A DNA stretch of 64,000 nucleotides, from the NCBI GenBank assembly GCA_019828565.1, contig JAHDYR010000012.1:620001-684000 (forward strand), read 5' to 3'. A model generated the notes under the pieces. It did not search any database. It was not told the origin of the DNA and saw only the letters and a list, made by a program, of their open reading frames with translations. Below are positions 44,801 through 53,816 of this stretch, one piece after another. The translations under genes and the position numbers were made by a program. The stretch comes from Carpediemonas membranifera BICM. Its lineage: Eukaryota > Protista > Fornicata. The number at the start of each line of letters is the position of its first letter. The first letter of the stretch is position 1.

Positions 44801-45533
44801 GGCGCTGGTCACCAAGGCCCAGGAGGAAGCCGTGCAAGCTGTGTGCGAGCGGCTCGAGGCCCAGGGCGACCCCGAGGCCCTGGCTGTGCGAGGTCTGCTG
44901 CTCGGTCGCCAGCTCGAGGATGAGACGGCCGACGTCGAGGCCGTCCGCAAGGCCATGGACCGTGCCAGGGCAGACGTCAGCACCGCCATCGAGGCCCGGG
45001 TCCGCGCTGCCTTCCTCGACCAGCCGTCCGACCAGCCCACGCCCCTCCAGCGGCTCCGGCTCCGTGAGGCGGGGGACTCGGGCGGGGAGGCGGTCCTGAC
45101 GATATGGCGGCCCCGGGAGGTGCCCGAGCTCGGCGCCCGTCTGTGTCTCCTCAACGCCGCCGCGGGCAAGCGGGCCGGCGAGCTGACTCTGACGAAGCGG
45201 GCCGTGATGGTGCCGCTCAAGGGCCGCAAGTCCGTCGCCGCCATCCCCGTCCGGACGGGAAGCGACTGTGGGGCCCTCAGCCTGCCCAAGGAGGTCGACA
45301 TGGCCGGGGCAAAGGTCTCGTTCGACGTCGACGGGCAGGTCGCCGTCGTCAGGGGCGAGGCCGCGGAGTTCCGGGTCTCCGTCCCCCACTACGTCGACGT
45401 TGGCATATGGCGTGGGTTCCTCGCACTCAAGCCCGGGGCCCGAGTGCTCGTGCGGAGCGTGCAGGCCTACCGGTGGCGGGACGGCGTGCTCGAGGCGCGC
45501 TGTCTGGACGTCTCAGAGGTCGTCGCACAGTAA
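41886..45533 (+). CDS. BRCA2: BRCA2 homologue: 17 tandem BRC repeats plus helical/OB-fold DNA-binding domain
   Basis: (F/L)QTAGGKSVTVS.AS..KA..LFDE matches the BRC consensus. DBD motifs RRPILRRITEQD..MVL, SDGAY, GTKL, NSTR..LG, GG.V...VTRVYP. Confidence 0.92.
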   Translation: MADGEMQRNEGKRKVSSPNKTATDEIDRVYSKRPLLEESPPLDFLFQTAGGISVSVSEASKHKAAHLFDEGGAPPMAGLQTAGGKSVTVSEASKNKAAHLFDEGGAPPMAGLQTAGGKSVTVSDASKHKAAHLFDEGGAPPMAGLQTAGGKSVTVSDASKHKAAHLFDEGGAPPMAGLQTAGGKSVTVSDASKHKAAHLFDEGGAPPMAGLQTAGGKSVTVSEASKNKAAHLFDEGGAPPMAGLQTAGGKSVTVSDASKHKAAHLFDEGGAPPMAGLQTAGGKSVTVSEASKNKAAHLFDEGGAPPMAGLQTAGGKSVTVSDASKHKAAHLFDEGGAPPMAGLQTAGGKSVTVSDASKHKAAHLFDEGGAPPMAGLQTAGGKSVTVSDASKHKAAHLFDEGGAPPMAGLQTAGGKSVTVSDASKHKAAHLFDEGGAPPMAGLQTAGGKSVTVSDASKHKAAHLFDEGGAPPMAGLQTAGGKSVTVSDASKHKAAHLFDEGGAPPMAGLQTAGGKSVTVSDASKHKAAHLFDEGGAPPMAGLQTAGGKSVTVSDASKHKAAHLFDEGGAPPMAGLQTAGGKSVTVSDASKHKAAHLFDKGGAPSATPFVPFTFAPAVLPPPVARPTLEPPPRPRTTIGTILEYDVRDDRAGRARLDRWVGAAVGLPVMPPITVRTSRAGLGQRRPDLRCFDDAYHTVLAVTDGPTPFDADSIVVRRVDPETMALPLGLLKHSDGGAFSFADAHLMFELAGRLRGECTLGWLREAYAQAVWKLSSFQALTQDPLLTPARVLSDLRRRHESEFVEGRRPILRRITEQDVPASVHMVLFVRDLVPGGAVVSDGAYSLRASFDEQLTALVGKGAIVVGTKLHIANAGVTGLDKAGSPLSSEAVLMLHVNSTRRAKHTTPLGRQPDLLSVPLASVRPNGGDVPALACVVTRVYPLVYFVKGPPGRIICGASFAASESARAAHDSRGREALVTKAQEEAVQAVCERLEAQGDPEALAVRGLLLGRQLEDETADVEAVRKAMDRARADVSTAIEARVRAAFLDQPSDQPTPLQRLRLREAGDSGGEAVLTIWRPREVPELGARLCLLNAAAGKRAGELTLTKRAVMVPLKGRKSVAAIPVRTGSDCGALSLPKEVDMAGAKVSFDVDGQVAVVRGEAAEFRVSVPHYVDVGIWRGFLALKPGARVLVRSVQAYRWRDGVLEARCLDVSEVVAQ
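42021..43690 (+). repeat. 99-bp tandem array, 17 copies (BRC repeats)
   Basis: Unit starts at 42021, 42120, ... 43605, an exact 99-bp period; copies are nearly identical. Confidence 0.97.
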
Positions 45534-45744
45534 CTTACAATCTTATCTTTTCTTATCATGGTTTAAATATTCGATCTCGATATGATACGATTGTTGCGAC
45601 CGAATTTCGACACTTTTATGTCGGGCATCATGGTGTCTTGGGAACCGTGCACTCCGTGCCATCCCCGGTTTTTGGGCTGTGTGTGTGGGGCATGCCTGTA
45701 CCTGCCCCGAGGCACAACACAGAAATTCGAATCACAAGTCAACA

Positions 45745-47496
45745 ATGGCCTCAAAGACCGGAGTTAACGCAACCAAGACCCTCAAGGTTATCGTAATCGG
45801 CTGCCTTGCTGGTGGAGCCGCCGCTGCATGCCGCGTTCGCCGCATTTCCGAGGATGCTGAGATTATCTGCATCGAGAAGAGCGCATTCCCTTCCTTTGGC
45901 TCGTGCGGCATGCCGTATGTTGCTGGGAACACCATCGAAGGCGGTGTGGATTCTCTGGTCGTCACATCCGCCGACACGCTCATCAATCGCTTCGGCGTTG
46001 ATCTCCGCCTCGAGCAGACCGTCACCGCGGTCGACCGCGCCAGCAAGACCATCACTGTCGCCACCAAGGACGGCAAGACGTATACCGAGGCCTACGACAA
46101 GCTCGTGATGTCGACCGGCACGCGTCCGTTCATCCCCCCCATCAAGGGCCTCGAGAGTGGACTGCCCGAGAACGTCACCGGCCTGCTCACCCCTACAGAT
46201 CTAGCCAGCCTCATCAAGCTCCGGGATGACGGCGCCAAGCGCTGCTTCGTCATCGGTGGCGGCTTCATCGGCGTTGAGACCGCCGAGCAGCTCGCCAAGC
46301 TTGGCCTCGATGTCACCATATGCGACATGCTCCCCTTCGTCATGAACGCCGTCTACGACGACGACGTCGCCCCCGCTCTCACCAAGGCTCTCGAGGACAC
46401 GGGCGTCAAGACCATCCTCGGCGCCGTCGTTGAGTCGATCGAGGTCTCCGGCGGCCGTGCCGTCTCCGTGACGGTGAAGGGCCGCGACGCCATCCCCGTC
46501 GACGCAGTAGTCATGGCGGCCGGCAACCGCCCCAACTCCGAGCTCGCCACCGGCATGACCCTCGGCCCCCGCGGGCACATCGCCGTCAACGAGCACATGC
46601 AGACGTCTGATCCGGACGTGTACGCTGTCGGTGACGTCGTTACGGTCCCCCATCTTGTCCTCGGTGAGAGCTGGGTGCCCCTCGCCGGCCCGGCCCAGCG
46701 TCAGGGGAGGGTGGCAGCAGGCCACATCGCCGGGGGTCTGCCCGACACCTACAAGGGCACCATGGCTACCTCCGTGATCCGTGTTGGCGCCGTCGTGGGT
46801 GCGTCGACCGGAGCGAGCGAGCGAGCCCTCCGCATGGCGGGGTGGAAGCAATGGTGCGGGTACTCGCCCCTGTCCGAGGCGACGAAGGACGACGACAAGG
46901 CGTACAGCGTGGTCTACACCCACAACGGCACCCACGTCGGCTACTATCCCGGCTCCGTGCCCCTCCACGCCAAGCTGATCTTCCACCCCACGTCGGGCAG
47001 AATCCTCGGCGCCCAGATCGTGTCGGATGACACCGCTGCCCGCCGTATCGACGTTATCGCCACTGCTATCAAGGGTGGTTTGACCGTCGAGGACCTCGAG
47101 GAGACCGACCTCGCCTACGCACCGGAGTTCGGGTCCCCCAAAGACGCCATCACGATGCCGGGGTTCGTCGCCAGCGGGATCATGCGCGGGACCCAGCAGG
47201 GCATGCCAATGACGATGCTCGTGAAGCATCTCGACGAGCTCAAGGCCGCTGGCACCGTGCTCGATGTCCGCTCGGCCGGAGAGCTGGAGGCGTGCAACCT
47301 CGGCGAGGGCGTCCTCAACATCAACGTCGATGAGCTCCGCGGGCGTCTGTCCGATGTGCCCCAAGACAAGCCTGTCTTCGTCTTCTGCCGCGTGGGTTTC
47401 CGCGGGTACGTCGCCCAGCGCATCCTCGAGGCCAACGGGTACGAGGCCTACAACGGGTTCGGCGGCATGTGCTCAGTCCAGTTTACGTCCTATTAA
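45745..47496 (+). CDS. CoA-disulfide reductase / NADH oxidase family flavoprotein with C-terminal rhodanese domain (CoADR-RHD/Npsr-like)
   Basis: SFGSCGMPY redox Cys, IGGGFIGVE, YAVGD, DLAYAPEF, then LDVRS..E and CRVGFRG rhodanese loop. Confidence 0.9.
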   Translation: MASKTGVNATKTLKVIVIGCLAGGAAAACRVRRISEDAEIICIEKSAFPSFGSCGMPYVAGNTIEGGVDSLVVTSADTLINRFGVDLRLEQTVTAVDRASKTITVATKDGKTYTEAYDKLVMSTGTRPFIPPIKGLESGLPENVTGLLTPTDLASLIKLRDDGAKRCFVIGGGFIGVETAEQLAKLGLDVTICDMLPFVMNAVYDDDVAPALTKALEDTGVKTILGAVVESIEVSGGRAVSVTVKGRDAIPVDAVVMAAGNRPNSELATGMTLGPRGHIAVNEHMQTSDPDVYAVGDVVTVPHLVLGESWVPLAGPAQRQGRVAAGHIAGGLPDTYKGTMATSVIRVGAVVGASTGASERALRMAGWKQWCGYSPLSEATKDDDKAYSVVYTHNGTHVGYYPGSVPLHAKLIFHPTSGRILGAQIVSDDTAARRIDVIATAIKGGLTVEDLEETDLAYAPEFGSPKDAITMPGFVASGIMRGTQQGMPMTMLVKHLDELKAAGTVLDVRSAGELEACNLGEGVLNINVDELRGRLSDVPQDKPVFVFCRVGFRGYVAQRILEANGYEAYNGFGGMCSVQFTSY

Positions 47497-47590
47497 GTAA
47501 ATATATCTCTCCCTGCGCACACCAGTGCCACCTCGCCTCACAGGGGCGTCGGCCTGACAGGGGGGTACAGGGACGTCGCCAGCCTCTGCG

Positions 47591-47947
47591 TCAGGAGGAA
47601 GGCAAAGATGGAGGCACAAAGCACGCCGAGCGCCACCAGGGTGATGTTGGCGGCGGAGTTGAGGGCGTCGCTGAAGCCGTGTGTCTCAGACGGAGCTGCG
47701 TGATCTCAGCCTGCAGCTGCTCGAGCTGGACTTGAGCCCGATGCACTTCTCCTTTCGCACTAGTGATGTCTGTCTCCAAATTATTGATCGAGCTCTCGTG
47801 CTGGGCGACGTTTCTGTCCCCATCATCCATAAGTTGCTTCAGACCTGTCCGCATGCGCTGTTCGCGCTTCAAACTTCCATTAATCATAATTTCTCCTCCA
47901 TTAAGTACTGTATCAGCGGGAGGGTCGTCTCGCTGGTCTTTTGTCAT
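47591..47947 (-). CDS. short coiled-coil hypothetical protein
   Basis: ATG ORF with a heptad pattern; gene model uncertain. Confidence 0.4.
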   Translation of the reverse strand: MTKDQRDDPPADTVLNGGEIMINGSLKREQRMRTGLKQLMDDGDRNVAQHESSINNLETDITSAKGEVHRAQVQLEQLQAEITQLRLRHTASATPSTPPPTSPWWRSACFVPPSLPSS

Positions 47948-48078
47948 AGTTTTGCCAGTTCTGCGCAGACCGGTACATTGAGAGGTATATGGAGGTGTAA
48001 ATGTTCTGCAGACGTCCCAACCCTCTTCCCACACATGGGCAGTGAACTTTATGAACAAGGTATCTAATAAGCGGAATA

Positions 48079-49209
48079 CTACACGTCCTGGGGCTCGTTG
48101 GCCGACATCGCGTACACCGATTCATTCCTGGCCCGACGCCTCGACCGGAAAGTGGGAAGCCCGCACATGCAGCTGTCAGTCAACCGGACGAGCAGCGGCG
48201 CCTTGATGACCCTGGACCTATCCCGCATCATGATCCGCTGAAGTCGGGCCTCCTTGGCGGGGGAGAGCTTCTTCAGGCCGAGGGCGTAGAGGGGGAAGAG
48301 GGGCGAGAGCGGGCTGAGACGGACAGCCATGGCGTTCTCGAGCTCGAGGCTGTGGGCGACGAAGACGGTCATGCACGAGATATAGAGAGTCGGGACACTG
48401 AGGCTGACGGCCGACCGGAAGAAGCCGGAGAGCAGGCCCGGGGTCAGGAAGACGATGAGCTTCGTGGAGATGCCGAACCGCATGATGATGTCGATGATGA
48501 GGTTCATGGTTCCGAGGGCGAGCAGGCTGACCACCTCACGCCGGTACCGGAGGGGGAGGGTCGACAGGTGCAGCCGGAGCGTCGCAACGAGGAGCACGCC
48601 GAGCATCCAAGCCTCCATGAAGGCCTCAATCCAGACGGCGATGCTGAGATTGAAGATGGGGTCGACGATGGGGTAGTAGATCGTGCAGACGCCGTTCATG
48701 GTCGCGCCCATGCCCAGGGCCGCGATAATCACTGTCCACAGGGCGCCGGGAGACAGAACTACGACGAAGATAAGAACAGGGATCAGGTTGCGGCGGACTA
48801 TGGCCGTAGCCCCGCGTCGCATCACCATCTGCCGGGAGAGGATAGGGACGAGGGCCATGCTCAGGTAGGCGATGAGGGAAGAGTAAATGACGAAGCGGAT
48901 GAGGAATGCGACCGGTGAGGCGACCACGCACCAGTTGTTGAGCCAATGCGTGCTCGATCGAATGATCAGAAAGGCCGCGAATGAAGCAGGGAAGGCTGCG
49001 ATGAGTATCTTGTATTGGAAGCCACCGCGATCACCTTTGAAGTGGTGGTGTAGGACGAGAAGGACGCAGCACCGGTATGCGACGTACAGGATGTCTCCGA
49101 TCATCACCAGGATGAAGAGGAGCGGCAGGATGAGGTTCACGGTACCAAATGTGTCCTCTATGTTGAATGTGTTCTCTCTTCCGAACGCAAGTGCCGTTGG
49201 ATCCAACAT
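48079..49209 (-). CDS. seven-TM-like membrane protein
   Basis: About 7 hydrophobic segments, Cys at the top of TM3 and in the TM4-TM5 loop, basic C-terminal tail. Confidence 0.7.
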   Translation of the reverse strand: MLDPTALAFGRENTFNIEDTFGTVNLILPLLFILVMIGDILYVAYRCCVLLVLHHHFKGDRGGFQYKILIAAFPASFAAFLIIRSSTHWLNNWCVVASPVAFLIRFVIYSSLIAYLSMALVPILSRQMVMRRGATAIVRRNLIPVLIFVVVLSPGALWTVIIAALGMGATMNGVCTIYYPIVDPIFNLSIAVWIEAFMEAWMLGVLLVATLRLHLSTLPLRYRREVVSLLALGTMNLIIDIIMRFGISTKLIVFLTPGLLSGFFRSAVSLSVPTLYISCMTVFVAHSLELENAMAVRLSPLSPLFPLYALGLKKLSPAKEARLQRIMMRDRSRVIKAPLLVRLTDSCMCGLPTFRSRRRARNESVYAMSANEPQDV

Positions 49210-49480
49210 TCGTGGCCCGCGTCTGGGATATTTGGAGAGAGATCGAATTTGATCGGGCACCGAGTCTGCCTCAAGTGCCCTAATCGTACCCCAGGCTGTC
49301 GCTATCCGTGGCTGGTGAAGAAATTTTGCGACTGCTTATAAGACGCAAAGATTCGCTGGAGATCTATACCACGATTTGCCGTTTGACCCTGAACAGGGGA
49401 CAGCAGCCCCTGCTGGGTCATTTGGGCGGATATCCAGCCGCTGTGACGGTGAGCGGCCCCTGCCATAACCTGCCCAAGCG

Positions 49481-50626
49481 ATGACGAGCGAGGCTAACGA
49501 GCGACCGGCACACATCCCAGTGTATCCGCCGGCCATTATCATGCCATCCTTGCCAGAATACCTTGAATCCGTCATGGACGAGCAGACATACACAGACATA
49601 GCGTACGGCGCAGATGCTGTCCGAAATCTCACCAGGGTCTACGTCACCGGGCTCCACATCGGCGTATTCCTGGCGTGTGGTGTGCTCTTCGCCACATCCC
49701 TTCTCCTGGGGTCCTTTGTGGCCGTCTTCCTGGTCTCTCTCTCCTGCGTCGGGTCCGTGTTCTGCATCAACCCCCTGTTGCGGCCCATCGTCATGCTCAT
49801 GGACGCCCGGTACGTCCGCCGTCTGACCGATGTTGTCCGCCAGCTCGAGGCCCAGCACGCCCTGTCCGAGGCGGGCCTCAGCCTTCGAGTGCGAACCTAC
49901 CATGGCTCCTTCCGGCAGCCCTGGGCCCAGTACGCCAAGCAGTTTTCCTCAGGGTTCAAGGCGGCCGTTGTCGTCGAGTGCCCGGCCGCACACCCTGCCC
50001 AGTACACGACGACGCTCACCCGCCGGACCCCGTATGGCCGGTTCGAGTGGGATAGCGACTACCCCGCCTCCCTCAAGGACGTCGTCAGTGAACCCGAGTG
50101 GAAACAGGCCATGGAGGCTGTGGCCCGGCATCCCGTACGGCTGGGCAGGCCAGACCTCATCTTCGTGGGGTTGCCTGTGGTCGTCATCGTCCTCGTCGCC
50201 GCGGCACTTGCCCTGATCCTCGAGATCGTGGCCGACACAAACCTGGCGGGCCCGCTGTCGGTGGCCTTCATCGTCATCTTCCTCGTCATCCTCGCGCTCG
50301 TCGCCGTTTGGTCCGCCGTCTTCCATGGCGCCCGTATCCAGCACCAACGGTCAAACCTCGCGGCTGCCGTCCGTAGCACCTGCTCTACCCTCAACATGTC
50401 TGGCAGCGGGGTGCGGTGGGAGTTTGCGTGGAAGGCTGACCCGGTTGGCTTCATCAACGGCTTCGTGGCGACACCCGCCATCACCATCACCGAGGACTGC
50501 CGACCGATCGCCCAGCCCGCGTCGGACACGTCGCCGGCCGAGGTGTATCCCGTGACGGACGGCAGCACTTCTGTGCCCCTGCTCTCCCAGCGGGCCGCGG
50601 CAGACCTGGGGGACGTGTTTGTGTAG
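49481..50626 (+). CDS. membrane protein with two tandem Erf4/GOLGA7-like units
   Basis: Internal duplication: P..L...M.E..Y...V + hydrophobic hairpin, then YP.SL..VV.E.EW...V + hydrophobic hairpin. Confidence 0.6.
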   Translation: MTSEANERPAHIPVYPPAIIMPSLPEYLESVMDEQTYTDIAYGADAVRNLTRVYVTGLHIGVFLACGVLFATSLLLGSFVAVFLVSLSCVGSVFCINPLLRPIVMLMDARYVRRLTDVVRQLEAQHALSEAGLSLRVRTYHGSFRQPWAQYAKQFSSGFKAAVVVECPAAHPAQYTTTLTRRTPYGRFEWDSDYPASLKDVVSEPEWKQAMEAVARHPVRLGRPDLIFVGLPVVVIVLVAAALALILEIVADTNLAGPLSVAFIVIFLVILALVAVWSAVFHGARIQHQRSNLAAAVRSTCSTLNMSGSGVRWEFAWKADPVGFINGFVATPAITITEDCRPIAQPASDTSPAEVYPVTDGSTSVPLLSQRAAADLGDVFV

Positions 50627-50755
50627 ATGGTTGGCGTTTCTATTCATTTTATAAAGCCAGCGTTTGACATGCGGTCACTCCCAACTCTTTGTCTTCTGCT
50701 TGGGTGCCATCTTGCCCGTTGGGGCAACGCTGTCAGAATGAAAGAATCAATGGGT

Positions 50756-51946
50756 TTAGAGCTCGAGCCCGGCCTCAACGAAGCGCAGCATCGCGGACAG
50801 GCTGTGCTGGTTGAAGTCGATTCGGGTCGCGGCGCCCTTGATGGCGTCCTTGCGGCCGACCGTGGCGCCGTCCTCATAGACATGATGCACGACGGCGCCC
50901 GCATACGGTCCGGACACAACGTGCGTCCGCCGCAGGAAGCTGACGCCCGCGTGGATGGCCTCGTCGAGCTTGGCAGCACACGGCCGGTCGGCCAGCAGGG
51001 GGCGGGCCGCGAGCAGCGCCTCCAGTCGCGTGGCCGACGCGGTCGACGCACCGAGAGGCGCCTTGCCCCACGCACCGGCCGTGACCTCGAAGCCCTCGCC
51101 CATGTGCTGGCCGCGGAGTACCGCCTGCATGCAGATCTGCTCTGCGTGGTCAACCAGCAGCCCTGTCATGCGGTTCGGCGCCACGCGTGCGAGTTCGCCT
51201 GTGGCGATCATCGCCCAGTGGTCGACGGGGAGCTCGCGAGCACGCATGCCCTTGCGGGTCTCGGCGAGGAAGATGAGGCCCCGGACGGCCGCGTCGCGCC
51301 ATTCGTCGGCGGGGTCAACCTCGAACAGCTTGATGAGGGCTAGGATGGCCTCTCCAGGGTAGTAGAGACTGTCCCACTCTGTGTCGACGCCTGTGACCTT
51401 GTTGTATCGCGAGTAGAACCCGCCCGTTTCGCGCTGCATCTGTACAATGAAGTGGCCGAGACCCCTCATTGTCTCCAGGTCGATAGCATCGGGCCGCACC
51501 ATATAGAGCTCAGCCAGCCCGACCAACGCGAGTCCAGCGCCGCCGAGCGCGGTGTTAGGCTTGTCGTCCCAAAGTGACAGCGCGCCTTTCATGCCGGGAA
51601 CGGGACCAATGCGCGCCTTCATCCAAGCGGCCGCGCCGACCATGGTGGCGACGGAGTTTGGGTCCGGCGAGACGCGGTTGTAGTGGCCCAGCGCGTAGAG
51701 GGCGCCGGCGTGGCGAACAACGTTGTAGCCAGTGGACGGTTTGCGCGTGAGGGCGTTGCCCTGGTAGATGAACTCTCCAGTTGGAAGTAGTTGCGAGTTG
51801 AGGAAGCGCGCGTTCAGATCAATCGTTTCAGCGATGGACAGCGGGCTCGACATCGACATCAAGGCAACTGTCACCGCAAGCGCGGCGGGGATGACACATA
51901 GCGTTGCAAACAGCGGCAAAAACGCCTTGAGCGATGTTGTTTTCAT
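50756..51946 (-). CDS. secreted or anchored (alpha/alpha)-toroid protein of a bacterial-type family
   Basis: N-terminal hydrophobic segment; motifs GEFIY, YNVVRHAG, ALGG.GLAL, YYPGEA.LAL, DHW, RIDFNQH. Confidence 0.7.
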   Translation of the reverse strand: MKTTSLKAFLPLFATLCVIPAALAVTVALMSMSSPLSIAETIDLNARFLNSQLLPTGEFIYQGNALTRKPSTGYNVVRHAGALYALGHYNRVSPDPNSVATMVGAAAWMKARIGPVPGMKGALSLWDDKPNTALGGAGLALVGLAELYMVRPDAIDLETMRGLGHFIVQMQRETGGFYSRYNKVTGVDTEWDSLYYPGEAILALIKLFEVDPADEWRDAAVRGLIFLAETRKGMRARELPVDHWAMIATGELARVAPNRMTGLLVDHAEQICMQAVLRGQHMGEGFEVTAGAWGKAPLGASTASATRLEALLAARPLLADRPCAAKLDEAIHAGVSFLRRTHVVSGPYAGAVVHHVYEDGATVGRKDAIKGAATRIDFNQHSLSAMLRFVEAGLEL

Positions 51947-52129
51947 GTTGCGATTACTGGCTGGCGTGTCATGTCCGCATGTCGTTGTCTGTTTGAGTGC
52001 AGTCAACGCTGGTCAAAGTCGCTCGCGGGAGTCAAACGGCCAGTCCCCCACAAGCAGGAGCCCGGCAGGGGCCCGGCGGCAGGTCATGCATGATCATCAG
52101 ACATTTTTACAAGGCAGCTGCGATGACGC

Positions 52130-52738
52130 TTAATACAAGCCGAGAATGGGCACGACGATGGCCTCAATACGGTCAATGGGGCCGGGCTCGTCAAGGCGGA
52201 AGCGTCTCAGACCCCTCGAAGGGTGCTGGACGGGGCTTGGCGGCTGAGCTTGCTGGCGACGGCTCGGGGCGGACTTGGCTCTGTCGGGCCTCTTCTCACG
52301 GGGATTGGATAGCATGAACGTGCCGTGATCGGTGAAGAGGGCGTTGAGCGAGGGCGCGGCGACGCCGACGTTAATGCGGCCGGCGTCAGAGGGGTCGGGG
52401 CGTCTCATCTCACGCAGCTCCTTCTGGCTGAGGTGGAAGAGCCTGCGGAGCTCCTTGTCGGTGAAGCCGGCGACTGTGAGGCTGCGTGCGGTCCGCCTTA
52501 CCAGGGGGCTGGTGGGGTCCACCACGGGAATGGTCGGCGAAACACCGATCACACGTCCACGGATCTGGTTCTCATTGACACTATGCGACCGGCGGTGCTG
52601 CTTGGCGGCAGCAGAAGTGAACGACGGCGCAGCAGTGGAATGACGGCGCTGCTTCTCCGGAAAAACTTGTATACCGTCTAATTGGAAGGAAACTGATGCG
52701 CGGCGTCGAGTTTTTGCGTTGGGAATGCCTGGATTCAT
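52130..52738 (-). CDS. hypothetical basic protein
   Basis: ATG ORF; RVxF-like RRASVSF motif. Confidence 0.5.
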   Translation of the reverse strand: MNPGIPNAKTRRRASVSFQLDGIQVFPEKQRRHSTAAPSFTSAAAKQHRRSHSVNENQIRGRVIGVSPTIPVVDPTSPLVRRTARSLTVAGFTDKELRRLFHLSQKELREMRRPDPSDAGRINVGVAAPSLNALFTDHGTFMLSNPREKRPDRAKSAPSRRQQAQPPSPVQHPSRGLRRFRLDEPGPIDRIEAIVVPILGLY

Positions 52739-53259
52739 CGTTTTTCTTATTGGTCGGAGTGGACTTGGACGGTCTTTCAAGGTTAACAAGATTTACGTAT
52801 TTAAACCATTTGTAGTTAGCATATGTGTATCCATGACCGGTCAACTCACGCCATGGGCAGGGTCGGTCGGGCCGTGGCGCTGGGGTCTCAGCGGGTCCAT
52901 GGCGTCAAGGCCGACCGCGGCCCTTGCGGACTGCAGCATTTACCGCAGTGTCTGCCCTATTATGCCTGTCGAGTGCTGCATCACCCGCAGACATCGAGCA
53001 GACATCCCAAGATGCCTTTTGTCCGGGCCGGTCACAGACGGGCGACTGTCCCCCTTCGTGTGCCGGCTGCTGCTGAGGGACTCGGAACACCCTCACCGGC
53101 CCCCACCACTGCGTGTGTCGGCTGCAGTTGGCACAGAAGTTTTGCCACCTTGTGGGCTGCTTCCTCAGCGAAATGGCACAAGCATAGGACAAACGGTCAG
53201 GCGACGCTTGTTTGTTTGGTACATGAGCTCAACAAACATCCAAGCTAGATGTAGCTCGC

Positions 53260-53770
53260 CACAAAGTCAAAGGCTGTGAAGACAACGGGCCCTCAGCGTA
53301 CGCCGAAGGTCACACCTGCGAAGCGCGCTAGAAAGACCGATGATCCAGTTGTATGGGAGAAACCAGTTAAGGCGAAGTAGCCATAAGCGTCTGCTACCCT
53401 CGATGACGACCTTCTCTCCGATTTCGAGGATGAAGCGCCGACAGCCGACAGCTGCCTGTTGAGGACGACAACAGCGACGAGGACCTTGTGGTGGACGCGG
53501 GCGAGCCTCTCGAGGACATGGACGTCGTCCTGGCGATCCTGTCGACCTGCCCAGTGTCATCGCCTGTATGCCGCAGCGGCATGGCGCCCTGGTCGAGGAG
53601 GATGACGATGGGCCCAGCCGGCCCGAGGAGACGGGCCGAGATCCCCCACACGATCGACCCGATGGCCCTGCGAACAGCAGGTCTGGGGCCACGACGATCC
53701 TGTTCAACAAGGGCAGTTCGAGGGAGACCGCGAGCCCGACCACCGCATCGCTGATCGCGTCAACATGACT
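53260..53770 (+). pseudogene. degenerate coding fragment
   Basis: Protein-like GC3-rich codons (PAKRARK..., DDDLLSDFEDE, EDDNSDEDL) interrupted by TAG/TAA near 53380 and by frame changes. Confidence 0.35.
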
Positions 53771-53816
53771 GGCGTCTCCGAGTCTGGTGCGATTCATGGG
53801 GTGATATACTATCGAT

